64,000 nucleotides of DNA, taken from positions 111,223 to 175,222 of the IMG/VR virus record IMGVR_UViG_3300000976_000008. One strand, 5' to 3'. The DNA is from a virus. Its lineage: Duplodnaviria > Heunggongvirae > Uroviricota > Caudoviricetes. A model generated the notes under the pieces. It worked only from the letters and a program-made list of their open reading frames with translations. It was not told where the DNA came from and made no database searches. The translations under genes were made by a program, and so were the position numbers. Numbering within the stretch: position 1 is the first letter of the stretch; each line of letters begins with the position of its first letter. Of the stretch, positions 46,084-55,742 are shown piece by piece.

Positions 46084-46938
46084 ATGACGGCAGCGAAAGC
46101 CACCAATTCTGGTGGCAGGAAAAAATTTCCAAACGGGCAGAAAGTGCAATTGCTCAATCTTCTGGGCACTATAGACACCCATATATATATGGTTGTTCCA
46201 GAAGAGCTACCAGACGGTGAGGAAAGCTCCGAACCAATCACTGAAGTGAGGGCAGACCGTAAGGGACACGTTCCTGTTAAACGGGTAAACGGTCAAATGT
46301 CCCAAAAAGTCCACTTCAGACGTATTCTACCATTGGATTCAGACGGAAAAGCAAGCGTCATAGAATCCAACGATAAATACCGTGCAATTTGCCCAAAATG
46401 CGGAAATGTATTCGATGTTGTGCCGAGTGATAATACAATCACCTGCGATACACATGGCGAATTCACACTGAAATGGTTGGGAGTCAAACCAATGAGCGAT
46501 GAGAAAGAAGCTGCTGCAGGTACAACAACTGCACCAGAGGCACCAGTAGCAGCAACTGAAACTGCAACAACTGAAACTGCTGCACCAACGACCGAGAAGA
46601 AATCGCGTCCAGCGAAGAAAGAACCAGTAGTGGTCGATTTCGCTGTTCTTAAAGCCCTTGATGGTGTAGAACTTTGGACTAAGAAGAACGTGAAATTCGA
46701 TCACCCAGATGTCGATGTCCAAGCTCACGTGCTTCTCCTGACCGGAGACAGTCCTCGAAAGTATTGTTTCAACACATACAACAATGCACTCGGCAAGAAG
46801 GCTAAGAAGCTCTACGTCGAAGAGTTTCTGGCAAACGAAGAAGTGGCCGGTTCAAAGCGGTCCCGTCCTTGGTTCGATGTCAAGAACATCGAGAAAGAAC
46901 GCACCGACCTTGGTAAGAAGGGTTACGAACAACCTTAG
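46084..46938 (+). CDS. Two-domain hypothetical protein with Zn ribbon and Ala/Thr/Glu linker
   Basis: CPKC..CDTH; AAAGTTTAPEAPVAATETATTETAAP; AGGAG RBS. Confidence 0.7.
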   Translation: MTAAKATNSGGRKKFPNGQKVQLLNLLGTIDTHIYMVVPEELPDGEESSEPITEVRADRKGHVPVKRVNGQMSQKVHFRRILPLDSDGKASVIESNDKYRAICPKCGNVFDVVPSDNTITCDTHGEFTLKWLGVKPMSDEKEAAAGTTTAPEAPVAATETATTETAAPTTEKKSRPAKKEPVVVDFAVLKALDGVELWTKKNVKFDHPDVDVQAHVLLLTGDSPRKYCFNTYNNALGKKAKKLYVEEFLANEEVAGSKRSRPWFDVKNIEKERTDLGKKGYEQP

Positions 46939-46973
46939 CACGACGGCTTTGGTTAACCCAGTAGGAGGGGCAA

Positions 46974-47171
46974 ATGCTAGTCTTATCTCGCAAAAAAGAT
47001 GAGAAGATCATTATTGGTGGTGGTATCACCATCATGGTCATCGAGATCCGGGGAGATAAAGTGCGGCTAGGAATAGACGCACCAAGAGAAGTCTCCGTAC
47101 ACCGAGAAGAAGTCCAGAAGGCCAAAGAACGAGAAGAAGCTGAAGCTGAGGCCGAATCTGGACAGGCATAA
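46974..47171 (+). CDS. csrA: Carbon storage regulator CsrA/RsmA homologue
   Basis: MLVLSRKKDEKIIIG..ITIMVIEIRGDKVRLGIDAPREVSVHREEV; AGGAGG RBS. Confidence 0.95.
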   Translation: MLVLSRKKDEKIIIGGGITIMVIEIRGDKVRLGIDAPREVSVHREEVQKAKEREEAEAEAESGQA

Positions 47172-47206
47172 CCGCCAAAGTAGACTCCCGAGGATAGAGC
47201 CAACGA

Positions 47207-47503
47207 ATGACCTTCGTTGGCTCTATCTATATCGGAGGAATGATGAGCGATCAAGAATCAGACCTAAAATATAGTATATATGTACTACGGGGTATGATAA
47301 ATCAATTACCCGATCTCATATCTAAGCCGATGGAGGACCAACTTGACGTGGTCTCCAAGAATATACAATCAGAATTCAACGAAATCGCCAGCAAACTAAG
47401 AGCAGGGTTAGAGGATGCAACTCTTGCTGTGAAAAGCTTAGAATTCGACCTAGCATGCACTAAAAGAGAACGAGATACACTAAAAGAACGTCTCGGAGAG
47501 TGA
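47207..47503 (+). CDS. Coiled-coil hypothetical protein
   Basis: LEFDLACTKRERDTLKERL; likely start near 47240. Confidence 0.65.
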   Translation: MTFVGSIYIGGMMSDQESDLKYSIYVLRGMINQLPDLISKPMEDQLDVVSKNIQSEFNEIASKLRAGLEDATLAVKSLEFDLACTKRERDTLKERLGE

Positions 47504-47519
47504 CGAAGAGCCTCTTTTG

Positions 47520-47540
47520 CTATCGAGAAGCACTCGATAG
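47520..47540. terminator. Perfect 8-bp hairpin in the intergenic gap
   Basis: CTATCGAG-AAGCA-CTCGATAG; no clear U tract. Confidence 0.35.
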
Positions 47541-47617
47541 GTATAACAGCGTAAAGCTCAGAAAAGTCAAAAGAAAAGCTAAAGTATATATATGATAATT
47601 ATATACAGAGGCTAAAA

Positions 47618-48562
47618 ATGGATCTCAAAGAGAAAAGAATAGTCGTAACAGGCAGTAATGGATTCCTAGGAACACACGTAGGAAATCGCCTAAAAGAAAT
47701 CGGCTGCGAAGGAAACGTATTCGGAGTAAGATCCGCACAATACGATCTCACGACCAAGCAAGGTGTCACAGAAATGTACGACACCTTGCGTCCAGATATA
47801 GTAATTCATCTAGCAGCAGTCGTTGGAGGAATAGGAATAAATAGGGAAAAACCTGGAACATTCTTTTACAAAAACCTCATTATGGGAACATTCCTAATCG
47901 AAGAAGCAAGACTTAGGAATATAGACAAATTCATAGCAATAGGAACCGTCTGTGCTTACCCAAAAGAAACAGAAGTACCATTTAAAGAAGATGATCTCTG
48001 GGAAGGATATCCAGAAGAAACAAATGCCCCATATGGGTTGGCAAAGAAAATGATGCTTGTTCAGCTTCAAGCATATAGAGATGAATTCGGATTCAACGGA
48101 ATCTATCTATTACCAGTTAATCTCTATGGTCCAAATGACAATTTCGATCCTCGATCATCTCATGTTATCCCAGCACTAATCAAAAAATGTATCGATGCCC
48201 GAAATTGTGGTGCAAAATCAATGCAAGTATGGGGAGATGGTCAAGCAACCAGAGAATTCCTATACGTCAAAGATGCTGCTAGAGGGATAGTCTCAGCTGC
48301 TGAAAATTACCAAGGTAAAGAACCTGTCAATTTAGGAACAGGATCTGAAATAAAGATAAGAGACCTCATAACCCTCATCGCAAAAGAAACAGACTATACA
48401 GGAGAAATTGTCTGGGACAAATCCAAACCAAACGGCCAAATGAAACGAAGACTCGATACAACAAGAGCTGAAAAAGAATTTGGATTCAAAGCAGAGATGA
48501 AGCTAGAGGAAGGAATTAGAGCCACAATATCTTGGTACGAAAATCAATGCGAGTCCAAATAG
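47618..48562 (+). CDS. fcl: GDP-L-fucose synthase (GDP-4-keto-6-deoxymannose epimerase/reductase)
   Basis: [68 protein letters not shown]. Confidence 0.95.
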   Translation: MDLKEKRIVVTGSNGFLGTHVGNRLKEIGCEGNVFGVRSAQYDLTTKQGVTEMYDTLRPDIVIHLAAVVGGIGINREKPGTFFYKNLIMGTFLIEEARLRNIDKFIAIGTVCAYPKETEVPFKEDDLWEGYPEETNAPYGLAKKMMLVQLQAYRDEFGFNGIYLLPVNLYGPNDNFDPRSSHVIPALIKKCIDARNCGAKSMQVWGDGQATREFLYVKDAARGIVSAAENYQGKEPVNLGTGSEIKIRDLITLIAKETDYTGEIVWDKSKPNGQMKRRLDTTRAEKEFGFKAEMKLEEGIRATISWYENQCESK

Positions 48563-49044
48563 AAGTAGCCCCAGGCGAACTAATCGACAAACTCACTATT
48601 TTGCAAATTAAATTAGGTAAAATAACAGACAAAACCAAATTGCGGCATGTCAGAAATGAGTTTAACACTCTCAATGAATCAGTCGATCGATTAAAAAGAT
48701 CTTTAAGTGGTAAAAGACAACATGAAGTAGTTGCCAAGATGGGTACCTTCATGAAACAACTAGCAGATGTCAATCTCAAAATTTGGAATATAGAAGACCA
48801 AGTAAGAGATTGTGAATCTAAAGCAGATTTTGGACCAGAGTTTGTAGAGGCAGCTAGGTCAGTCTATCTCACTAATGATAAACGGGCTTCAATCAAGAAG
48901 GCTATCAATAGTCTATTCCAATCTGACATTCAAGAAGAAAAATCCTATACAGAATATCGAGAAGCACCCTTAAAAGACTCAAAAACAAACGTAGATAAAG
49001 TCAACCAACAAATTAAAGAGCACTCACGAAGAAATAAGAAATGA
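48532..49044 (+). CDS. DUF6165-like hypothetical protein
   Basis: [37 protein letters not shown]. Confidence 0.7.
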   Translation: MVRKSMRVQIEVAPGELIDKLTILQIKLGKITDKTKLRHVRNEFNTLNESVDRLKRSLSGKRQHEVVAKMGTFMKQLADVNLKIWNIEDQVRDCESKADFGPEFVEAARSVYLTNDKRASIKKAINSLFQSDIQEEKSYTEYREAPLKDSKTNVDKVNQQIKEHSRRNKK

Positions 49045-49754
49045 CAAAGTTGACGGCGATGGTATCGCTTTACAATAGCGGAGATTGGATCGAAAACCGA
49101 CTAAAAAATCTGCTAGAAAGCAGCATCGCGTCAGAAACAGAAATCTGGTGCTTAAACGCAAATAGCCCAGATGAACGAGATCACGAAATACCAACGCGAC
49201 TCGCTAAAACAAATTCAACAATAAGATACGAAAAGCTTCCAGAAAGAAATACAGTATATGAAGCTTGGAATTATATAATTTCGAACTCAGACAGCGAATT
49301 CGTAACTAATGCAAACACAGACGATTTGGTGATGCCAAATTGTTATAGCACGCTAATAAAGAGCATCCAGAACACAGATCACGCTCTAGCATATTGTAGT
49401 TGGTACACAACTAGTAAACCAAATCAGTCATGCGACAATCTGACAGAAGCCTCATCAGACGGTAGACCAGGCCACTACGCCGGAATCATCGAAGAAGCGG
49501 GAGTGGGACACTTCCCATTATGGAAGAGGTCTCTACACAGTGAATTAGGCTTATTTGATACAAGCTATCAAGCACTGGCCGATGCAGAATGGTGGGCAAG
49601 AATCCACTATGTCGGTAAGAAAAAACTCCTTTGGGTAGACCAAAATCTTGGCGTTTATCTATGGAGAGATGGTAATAATCTCTGGAACAGAGCTATAAGT
49701 GAGCAAGAATGGCAGAAGTATCACGAGAAGATAGCGGAATACAAGTCGGCATAG
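49041..49754 (+). CDS. GT2 family glycosyltransferase
   Basis: AMVSLYNS, TVYEAWN, FVTNANTDD, GLFD..ADAEWW. Confidence 0.85.
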   Translation: MTKLTAMVSLYNSGDWIENRLKNLLESSIASETEIWCLNANSPDERDHEIPTRLAKTNSTIRYEKLPERNTVYEAWNYIISNSDSEFVTNANTDDLVMPNCYSTLIKSIQNTDHALAYCSWYTTSKPNQSCDNLTEASSDGRPGHYAGIIEEAGVGHFPLWKRSLHSELGLFDTSYQALADAEWWARIHYVGKKKLLWVDQNLGVYLWRDGNNLWNRAISEQEWQKYHEKIAEYKSA

Positions 49755-50545
49755 AATCATCACATGGATTCGGTGACGGACTTTTCAACGTACCACTTGT
49801 GGAAGCCATCAGTCAAAAGCACGGCGTACCAGTAACCGTAGCCGTTAGCAACCACTGTGCTGACGCATTTGCTAATTATCCTTTCATAAAAGTTCTCAAA
49901 ATAGCCGGTATGAACTTCGGCATGAAGCATTTTGAAGAGAACGAATTTGATTATGCATATCAAATCACTCAGAATGTGAAATTTTACAAATTTAGAGAAG
50001 CTGATCCAAATCACTCATTGATTGATACCCCTAAATTGGTCGGCGAAGAGTTGGGTTTGACATTTGATCAAAGACCTCTATTCTCCCCAACAGCAAGAGA
50101 GATGGAGGTTGGTGCCGGGATGTCTTCTGGCATGCCAACCATAGCAATCGAATCTGTTTATAAGTCACAACAAAGTTGGGCAGGAAGAAGACACATAGAA
50201 AAAATCTTTGACCATTTCAAAGAAACGCACCGTATTCTTTGGCTAAGTAATGAAGGTGCCCCAGATCACAAGAATGTAGATGATATGCTAAGACTCTCTA
50301 GGAGAGAGTGTATCATGTCCCTCCAACACTGCGAATATTTCTTCTCAGTAGGTTCTGGATTCTTTTGTGCCTCGTTAGCACTCCCAAGAGAGCTACAGCC
50401 AAAAAACGTTGTATGCCTGTGGACAGATTCGTTATATCGATACGAAAAAGTTCTGAAGGAAAAGGGCTGGCATCCTGAAATCACTTGGATAAACAACGAG
50501 CAAAAATTAGAAGATGCTCTATCCTTCATAGGCAAACTGGTATGA
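49709..50545 (+). CDS. GT9-like (GT-B) glycosyltransferase
   Basis: HGFGDGLFNVPLVEAI; SRRECI..QHCEYFFSVGSG. Confidence 0.7.
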   Translation: MAEVSREDSGIQVGIESSHGFGDGLFNVPLVEAISQKHGVPVTVAVSNHCADAFANYPFIKVLKIAGMNFGMKHFEENEFDYAYQITQNVKFYKFREADPNHSLIDTPKLVGEELGLTFDQRPLFSPTAREMEVGAGMSSGMPTIAIESVYKSQQSWAGRRHIEKIFDHFKETHRILWLSNEGAPDHKNVDDMLRLSRRECIMSLQHCEYFFSVGSGFFCASLALPRELQPKNVVCLWTDSLYRYEKVLKEKGWHPEITWINNEQKLEDALSFIGKLV

Positions 50546-51570
50546 CTAAAAAGGTAGTTCTCAAAAGACAAGAGATAAAGAAGAAAAAACAGCCCATAAT
50601 CAAAAGAATCGGCGGAAAGAAGCCGGAAAAGAAGGTAGCAAAACCCACTAGAAGACTACCAAATTACAAAAAAGCCGGAAACGTTAGAACAAGAATCTGC
50701 GTTATTCAAACCGGCAGCTGGGGTGATAACATCAATAGCACGTTGATGTTTAAGCCGTTGTTGGAAAAGTTTACAGATTGCACCATAGATGTCCACACAT
50801 CGACATATTATGCATCAGCTTTTAGAAACAACTCATATATCAACAAATTGATTGAATATGAGGCTGACACCAAGAATGATGCCCTCCACCTGACACTAAC
50901 GATCGACCCACACGTCCAAGAATGTGGATACGATCTAATATTGTCACCACATCCGATGTTCAACCCGGATAAATGGAGCAGTTTGCAACACCCAGATAGA
51001 GGTGATAATATCATTTATGCTTGGGTCAGAGCATTAGAAGAAAATGATGTGCCTTATACCTTTCCATTAGAAACGATAATGGAACTCGATGACGAAGAAA
51101 TTTCTAATGTTGACAATTTCCTCGCATCTATAGAGAATTTCAATATCTCAAGAAATATTCTCATGGAAGTCCATGGTGAATCTGGACAGACCTTCTGGGA
51201 CCCAACATGGACTGTGAAAGTTGGAAAGTATCTTCTTGATGATCCAAAGACAAACTTGTTTGTCAGTAGGAAAAACGACAGCTCCGATGTAAAAGCCCTA
51301 TCAGACTACGCTCCTGGAAGAGTATTCTTTGTTGGTGGTTTAAGTATTAGAGAATGTGGCGAATTGTTCAATCGTTGTTATGCATTCTTTAGTGTGTCAA
51401 GCGGATTATCCAATGCTTGTAACACGAATTGGTGTAGAAATGATGTCAAATGGTTCGAGACAGTCAATAGCACATCTGTAACAAGTGCACCAATAAGAGA
51501 AAAGGGCAAAGTATTCTGGTTAGAAAATGACCAAGAAGCTTTCATAAAAATGCTGGATGATAAACTCTGA
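50485..51570 (+). CDS. GT9-like glycosyltransferase with basic N-terminal tail
   Basis: GSWGDNINSTLMFKPL; LSIRECGELFNRCYAFFSVSSG. Confidence 0.7.
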   Translation: MDKQRAKIRRCSILHRQTGMTKKVVLKRQEIKKKKQPIIKRIGGKKPEKKVAKPTRRLPNYKKAGNVRTRICVIQTGSWGDNINSTLMFKPLLEKFTDCTIDVHTSTYYASAFRNNSYINKLIEYEADTKNDALHLTLTIDPHVQECGYDLILSPHPMFNPDKWSSLQHPDRGDNIIYAWVRALEENDVPYTFPLETIMELDDEEISNVDNFLASIENFNISRNILMEVHGESGQTFWDPTWTVKVGKYLLDDPKTNLFVSRKNDSSDVKALSDYAPGRVFFVGGLSIRECGELFNRCYAFFSVSSGLSNACNTNWCRNDVKWFETVNSTSVTSAPIREKGKVFWLENDQEAFIKMLDDKL

Positions 51571-51997
51571 CACACTACGAGCAATAGTCGCAGGGTTGTT
51601 TGACGATATCCAACCCAATATTGGCAAGCGATTAACCTCGCAAGTAGCACTTGGTCACAATAAAATCTATATAAATCAAAAGAGTGACAGAAGATATTGT
51701 GCCGCCACCTTCACTACTGGTAGAAAGAAAATGTATCTCAAATGTAAGATGCTATTCTTCACTAAGGCATATGTGGAAGATTCTGTTCGAAAAATAGACC
51801 TCTATAATGGCAAGCATTTGGTATCGATGGCTGAATGGTTAGTCTGGGAAGCAACAGATGGTCTACGAGCTGGCTACGCACTAGGCAGAGATAGGATCAA
51901 ATTTGAAGACAGACCAATTTTCTGGAGAGATCGATACAGACGAAATAAGAAGAACATCAAAAGTAATGAAAAGCAACTGCACTTATTTTATTCTTGA
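51557..51997 (+). CDS. Hypothetical basic protein
   Basis: 146-aa ORF within the operon. Confidence 0.55.
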   Translation: MINSDTLRAIVAGLFDDIQPNIGKRLTSQVALGHNKIYINQKSDRRYCAATFTTGRKKMYLKCKMLFFTKAYVEDSVRKIDLYNGKHLVSMAEWLVWEATDGLRAGYALGRDRIKFEDRPIFWRDRYRRNKKNIKSNEKQLHLFYS

Positions 51998-52977
51998 TCA
52001 GAAGGATCGCTATGAAGATTCATTTAGTGTATGCTGGCGAATGCGACGATCAACGTCTACAATCACCATATGGGATAACTAGGAATCTATACAAATACCT
52101 CAAGGAAAGAGCAGAAGTAGAATACCATAAGTGGGATTCTACAATGATGCCCGAAATAAATCCAGAAGATATAGTAATCGGGCATCCTCATTACGACGAA
52201 AATACAGTAATTCAGCGAATCTTCAAAGAAGATGTAGCTTGTAAAGCAAAATGCTTAATCCATCCTCTCCATACCGCAAGGGTAGAGGATAATATGCCAT
52301 TTGATTCTATGGCAAGGAAAGCTGACAAGATCTTCTCGATCTGCGGCCCTTACTGGTACGACACTATTGAAAGTACACCTTTCAAACACTGGAAACCCAA
52401 AATAACTAGGTTAGATATGGCAGTGAATACAATCCACTATCCATATCTAAGAAAACAATTCAACAAACCCGGACTTCGTAAACTAGTCTATATAGGCAGT
52501 TCTACTCCCCATAAGAACTTGGGGTTTATGGTTGAAATAATGAAAAGAATCTCTGGCACCAAGCTTTATTGGTATGGAGGTTCATCGGATCACCCTCTCG
52601 CACAACTCAAAAATGTGCAAACTACAGGATGGTCTATTATGAATAAAACAGTCGCTCGACGAATAATCGATGATGCTGACATAATGATCAACACAAGTAT
52701 TTCAGATGCAAACCCCACAACATTACTCGAAGCAAGGGCATGGGGATTAATAACTGCTTGCACTCCACAATCGGGGTATTATAATGATCCATTTTTCGAC
52801 GCTCTTGATTTGGATGACTTAGACGGTTCAGTCGAAACAGTAAGAAATCTAATATTCAATGTTCCATCTGAAGAATTATTAGAAAGAGCAGAAAAGTCAA
52901 AAGATGAAATCGTCGCAAAATACACTTGGGACAGATTCTGCCAAACGATCTGGGACGAAATCAAAACTTATAATTAG
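51994..52977 (+). CDS. GT4-like (GT-B) glycosyltransferase
   Basis: YIGSSTPHKNL; ADIMINTSISDANPTTLLEARAWG. Confidence 0.8.
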   Translation: MIRRIAMKIHLVYAGECDDQRLQSPYGITRNLYKYLKERAEVEYHKWDSTMMPEINPEDIVIGHPHYDENTVIQRIFKEDVACKAKCLIHPLHTARVEDNMPFDSMARKADKIFSICGPYWYDTIESTPFKHWKPKITRLDMAVNTIHYPYLRKQFNKPGLRKLVYIGSSTPHKNLGFMVEIMKRISGTKLYWYGGSSDHPLAQLKNVQTTGWSIMNKTVARRIIDDADIMINTSISDANPTTLLEARAWGLITACTPQSGYYNDPFFDALDLDDLDGSVETVRNLIFNVPSEELLERAEKSKDEIVAKYTWDRFCQTIWDEIKTYN

Positions 52978-53134
52978 ATTCTACGATAGGCCATGTGATA
53001 AATGTGAATTTCCACTGGTTCTCCCTATCTCACCTATTCTCGAAGATGAACCAGATGTCGGATATCATATCCCAGGTGGTGGATTTGTTTGCTATTCATG
53101 CATGAAAAATCTAAAAAGATACAAGATCCAATAA
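52904..53134 (+). CDS. Small CxxC/CxxC protein, paralogue A
   Basis: FYDRPCDKCEFP..CYSC. Confidence 0.5.
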   Translation: MKSSQNTLGTDSAKRSGTKSKLIIRFYDRPCDKCEFPLVLPISPILEDEPDVGYHIPGGGFVCYSCMKNLKRYKIQ

Positions 53135-53322
53135 TAATTCTATATGATAGAATTTGCACAAAGTGCGAAATGCCATTCATAATTCCAGATTTTGGTAACA
53201 ATGTGGATTATAAGATAAAATTATGCTGGGAGTGCTTAGGAAAAACGCTCGACGCCACTGCTGGAACACTAATTAATTATGTTGATGACACAATTTATAC
53301 TGTGAACACCAAACCCCAATAG
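53089..53322 (+). CDS. Small CxxC/CxxC protein, paralogue B
   Basis: LYDRICTKCEMP..CWEC. Confidence 0.5.
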   Translation: MLFMHEKSKKIQDPIIILYDRICTKCEMPFIIPDFGNNVDYKIKLCWECLGKTLDATAGTLINYVDDTIYTVNTKPQ

Positions 53323-53333
53323 TACCTAAACCC

Positions 53334-54059
53334 ATGACTCATCCTTTCAACAGCAAAAAACAATGGGTAGGTTCCCCAGTCGATTATAGGATTGGAGATG
53401 CTGCAGATAAAGCTCTATCCGAAGTCAATGACAATAAATATTGGCGAGAAGGACTTGGCAGTATAGAGGTCGATAAGGAGAGATGGGATCAAGCTCAGAA
53501 GTATGAATTAGACACTTGGATGAAACATGGTACGGCAAGTCAAGACGATAGAGACCATGTCCATATCGAAGGTTTCAATAGCTATGTAGATATTCCCATC
53601 GAATTGGGAAAATTGGTTGAAATAGGTTGCGGGCCATTCACACAATCACATAATATAGTTCAAGGGCGAACTGTTGATTCAGTCACCCTCGTTGACCCAT
53701 TGATCCTTAAATATTCGAAGCATCAAAACTGTCGATATTGGTCGTTTGATAAAAAACCAATAATGGTAAATTCTGCCGCCGAAGATTTCACAGAAACGGG
53801 ATTTGATACAGCGATTTGCATCAATGTGTTAGAGCATGTCAGAGATGCAAATTTGGTTATGAATAACCTAGTAAAATGCCTTAATCCTGGCGGATTGCTT
53901 ATTTTTCATGATCGTGTTTATGACGGCCTCGATATTACTAGAATTTACGATATCGGGCACCCAATTAGAATTACCAGTGCTTTTTTGAACCCATTCTTAG
54001 ATATGTTCAAAAAAGTCTACCAAAATGATGATTACTTCATAGGTATCAAAAATGGCTAA
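53334..54059 (+). CDS. Class I SAM-dependent methyltransferase
   Basis: VEIGCGP, FDTAICINVLEHV, LNPGGLLIF. Confidence 0.85.
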   Translation: MTHPFNSKKQWVGSPVDYRIGDAADKALSEVNDNKYWREGLGSIEVDKERWDQAQKYELDTWMKHGTASQDDRDHVHIEGFNSYVDIPIELGKLVEIGCGPFTQSHNIVQGRTVDSVTLVDPLILKYSKHQNCRYWSFDKKPIMVNSAAEDFTETGFDTAICINVLEHVRDANLVMNNLVKCLNPGGLLIFHDRVYDGLDITRIYDIGHPIRITSAFLNPFLDMFKKVYQNDDYFIGIKNG

Positions 54060-54669
54060 GCCAAAAGCGGTAAATTGGACACTGATTGACGACCCGATGA
54101 TGTATACCATCGTGGACGATCTGCTGAAGAAATACCATGGTGGTAAGAATAATATTCAAGAAATCCACTGCCTGCTCATGTGGCGGGATAATGTGAAGAT
54201 GGACCAAGATGGCTATGTCTGGTTGGCTGATATTGCTAAGTCAACCGACAAGATGAGAGAACTCAGACCGCATGATATGATTATTGGTATCAATAGGGAT
54301 GCATGGTCTATCCTCGATCACCAACAGAAAAATGTAATCATAGATAGCCAGCTAGAGAGAATTGCAATCTGCCTTGATAAGGAAGAATGCGAGAAGGAAG
54401 ATGATAGATCAAGAAAGATTTATCGTCTTAGAAGGACCGAAGTTATCGACGATGCAACTATGAACCGTCGCCATGCTCTAACACTCGGCAGAGTGCAGGA
54501 TTATGTTAGTGATAAATTTACGACAGCAGGAGCCGAAAAGGGAAGCTACGTAGATCAGGTTCTGAACGGCAACGAAGATAACAACAGCGATAATGAAAAG
54601 GAAGGCGACGCTGATGCTGGGCAGGAAGAAAACCTGCAAGGGGAGGCAAAAGAGAGCCTCACAGAATAG
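54052..54669 (+). CDS. Phage putative-metallopeptidase-like protein lacking HExxH
   Basis: DMIIGINRDAW..LDHQQKNVIIDSQLERI, where the family has DHELxH. Confidence 0.5.
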   Translation: MAKPKAVNWTLIDDPMMYTIVDDLLKKYHGGKNNIQEIHCLLMWRDNVKMDQDGYVWLADIAKSTDKMRELRPHDMIIGINRDAWSILDHQQKNVIIDSQLERIAICLDKEECEKEDDRSRKIYRLRRTEVIDDATMNRRHALTLGRVQDYVSDKFTTAGAEKGSYVDQVLNGNEDNNSDNEKEGDADAGQEENLQGEAKESLTE

Positions 54670-55027
54670 CAGGAATAACAAACTGGGTTTTCCCCAAAAC
54701 CCGATTCATGGTCAAATTTGCAAAATAAATTCGATAGAGTACATTTACTCTGACGAAATGCAAAATTGGATCAGAGCAGACCCCATAATAAATAAGATCT
54801 TGCGGATAATCTTCCGAGACGAATTTAGAATCGTCTTCGATGGACAGGTGGAGGTTCCGAACTGCGAGTGTGCCAAAGTAGTAGTTGAGCAAAACGGGGA
54901 TACAAAAGTTACGTTCGAAAGCGGAATCTCCAAAGACGGAGAATGTATTCTAGATAAGAACGTTTTCGAAAGCATCTTCGTCGTGCATTGGACTCAAAAA
55001 CAACCTTGGTACACTACAGGATCATAG
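54593..55027 (+). CDS. Hypothetical protein with FPxNPxxGQ motif
   Basis: LGFPQNPIHGQICKINSIEYIY..W. Confidence 0.45.
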   Translation: MKRKATLMLGRKKTCKGRQKRASQNSRNNKLGFPQNPIHGQICKINSIEYIYSDEMQNWIRADPIINKILRIIFRDEFRIVFDGQVEVPNCECAKVVVEQNGDTKVTFESGISKDGECILDKNVFESIFVVHWTQKQPWYTTGS

Positions 55028-55257
55028 AACGCACGAATAAATCTATTCATCTAGATGAGAACATAAATGTGCCGAACACCGAATGTGTCAAAATTGATGT
55101 GTCTATAAATAGAATGGGTACTTGCGAAACATTTGGCGGAGATTTAGTCTATGTTATCACTTTTGAAAATGACACCACCAGAAAAGCAATTTTGGCAGAA
55201 GTAATCGTGGAAGAATATGCGAGATCCGACCGAATCCAAATAATGAATTGGATATGA
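54988..55257 (+). CDS. Hypothetical protein
   Basis: Fills the gap before rnhA; start uncertain. Confidence 0.4.
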   Translation: MDSKTTLVHYRIIERTNKSIHLDENINVPNTECVKIDVSINRMGTCETFGGDLVYVITFENDTTRKAILAEVIVEEYARSDRIQIMNWI

Positions 55258-55742
55258 TAGACAGCGAAGTAATAATTTATACAGATGGTAGCTGCTTCCC
55301 AAATCCGGGTCCTGGAGGGTGGGGAAGTATATTGCTATTTGAAAATGACGAAAGAAAATTTGAGAAAGAGATTTCCGGTGGGGACCGGGAAAGCACCAAT
55401 AATAGAATGGAAATGCAAGCTGTAATTGGTGCCCTAGAAGCTTTGAAAAGACCATGCAACGTAAAGATCTATTCAGATAGTCAGTACGTTGTAAAAGGTG
55501 TGGGTTGTTGGATAAACGGCAGCAATATTCATCCAACAGGATGGATGGTAGGCTGGGAACGAAGAGGTTGGAAACGCAAGGATGGACCACTGAAAAATAG
55601 TGACCTCTGGAAAAAACTCCATGAACTAGTATGCCGCCAAGAGAGCGTCCAAATGGTCTGGGTAAAAGGCCATGACGGAAACGAACTCAATGAAAGATGC
55701 GACGTACTTGCCCTTAAAGCTAGGACTGAACTCAATGTATGA
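55248..55742 (+). CDS. rnhA: Ribonuclease HI
   Basis: YTDGSC.PNPGPGGWG, TNNRME, SDSQYV, KNSDLW, WVKGH, NERCD. Confidence 0.95.
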   Translation: MDMIDSEVIIYTDGSCFPNPGPGGWGSILLFENDERKFEKEISGGDRESTNNRMEMQAVIGALEALKRPCNVKIYSDSQYVVKGVGCWINGSNIHPTGWMVGWERRGWKRKDGPLKNSDLWKKLHELVCRQESVQMVWVKGHDGNELNERCDVLALKARTELNV

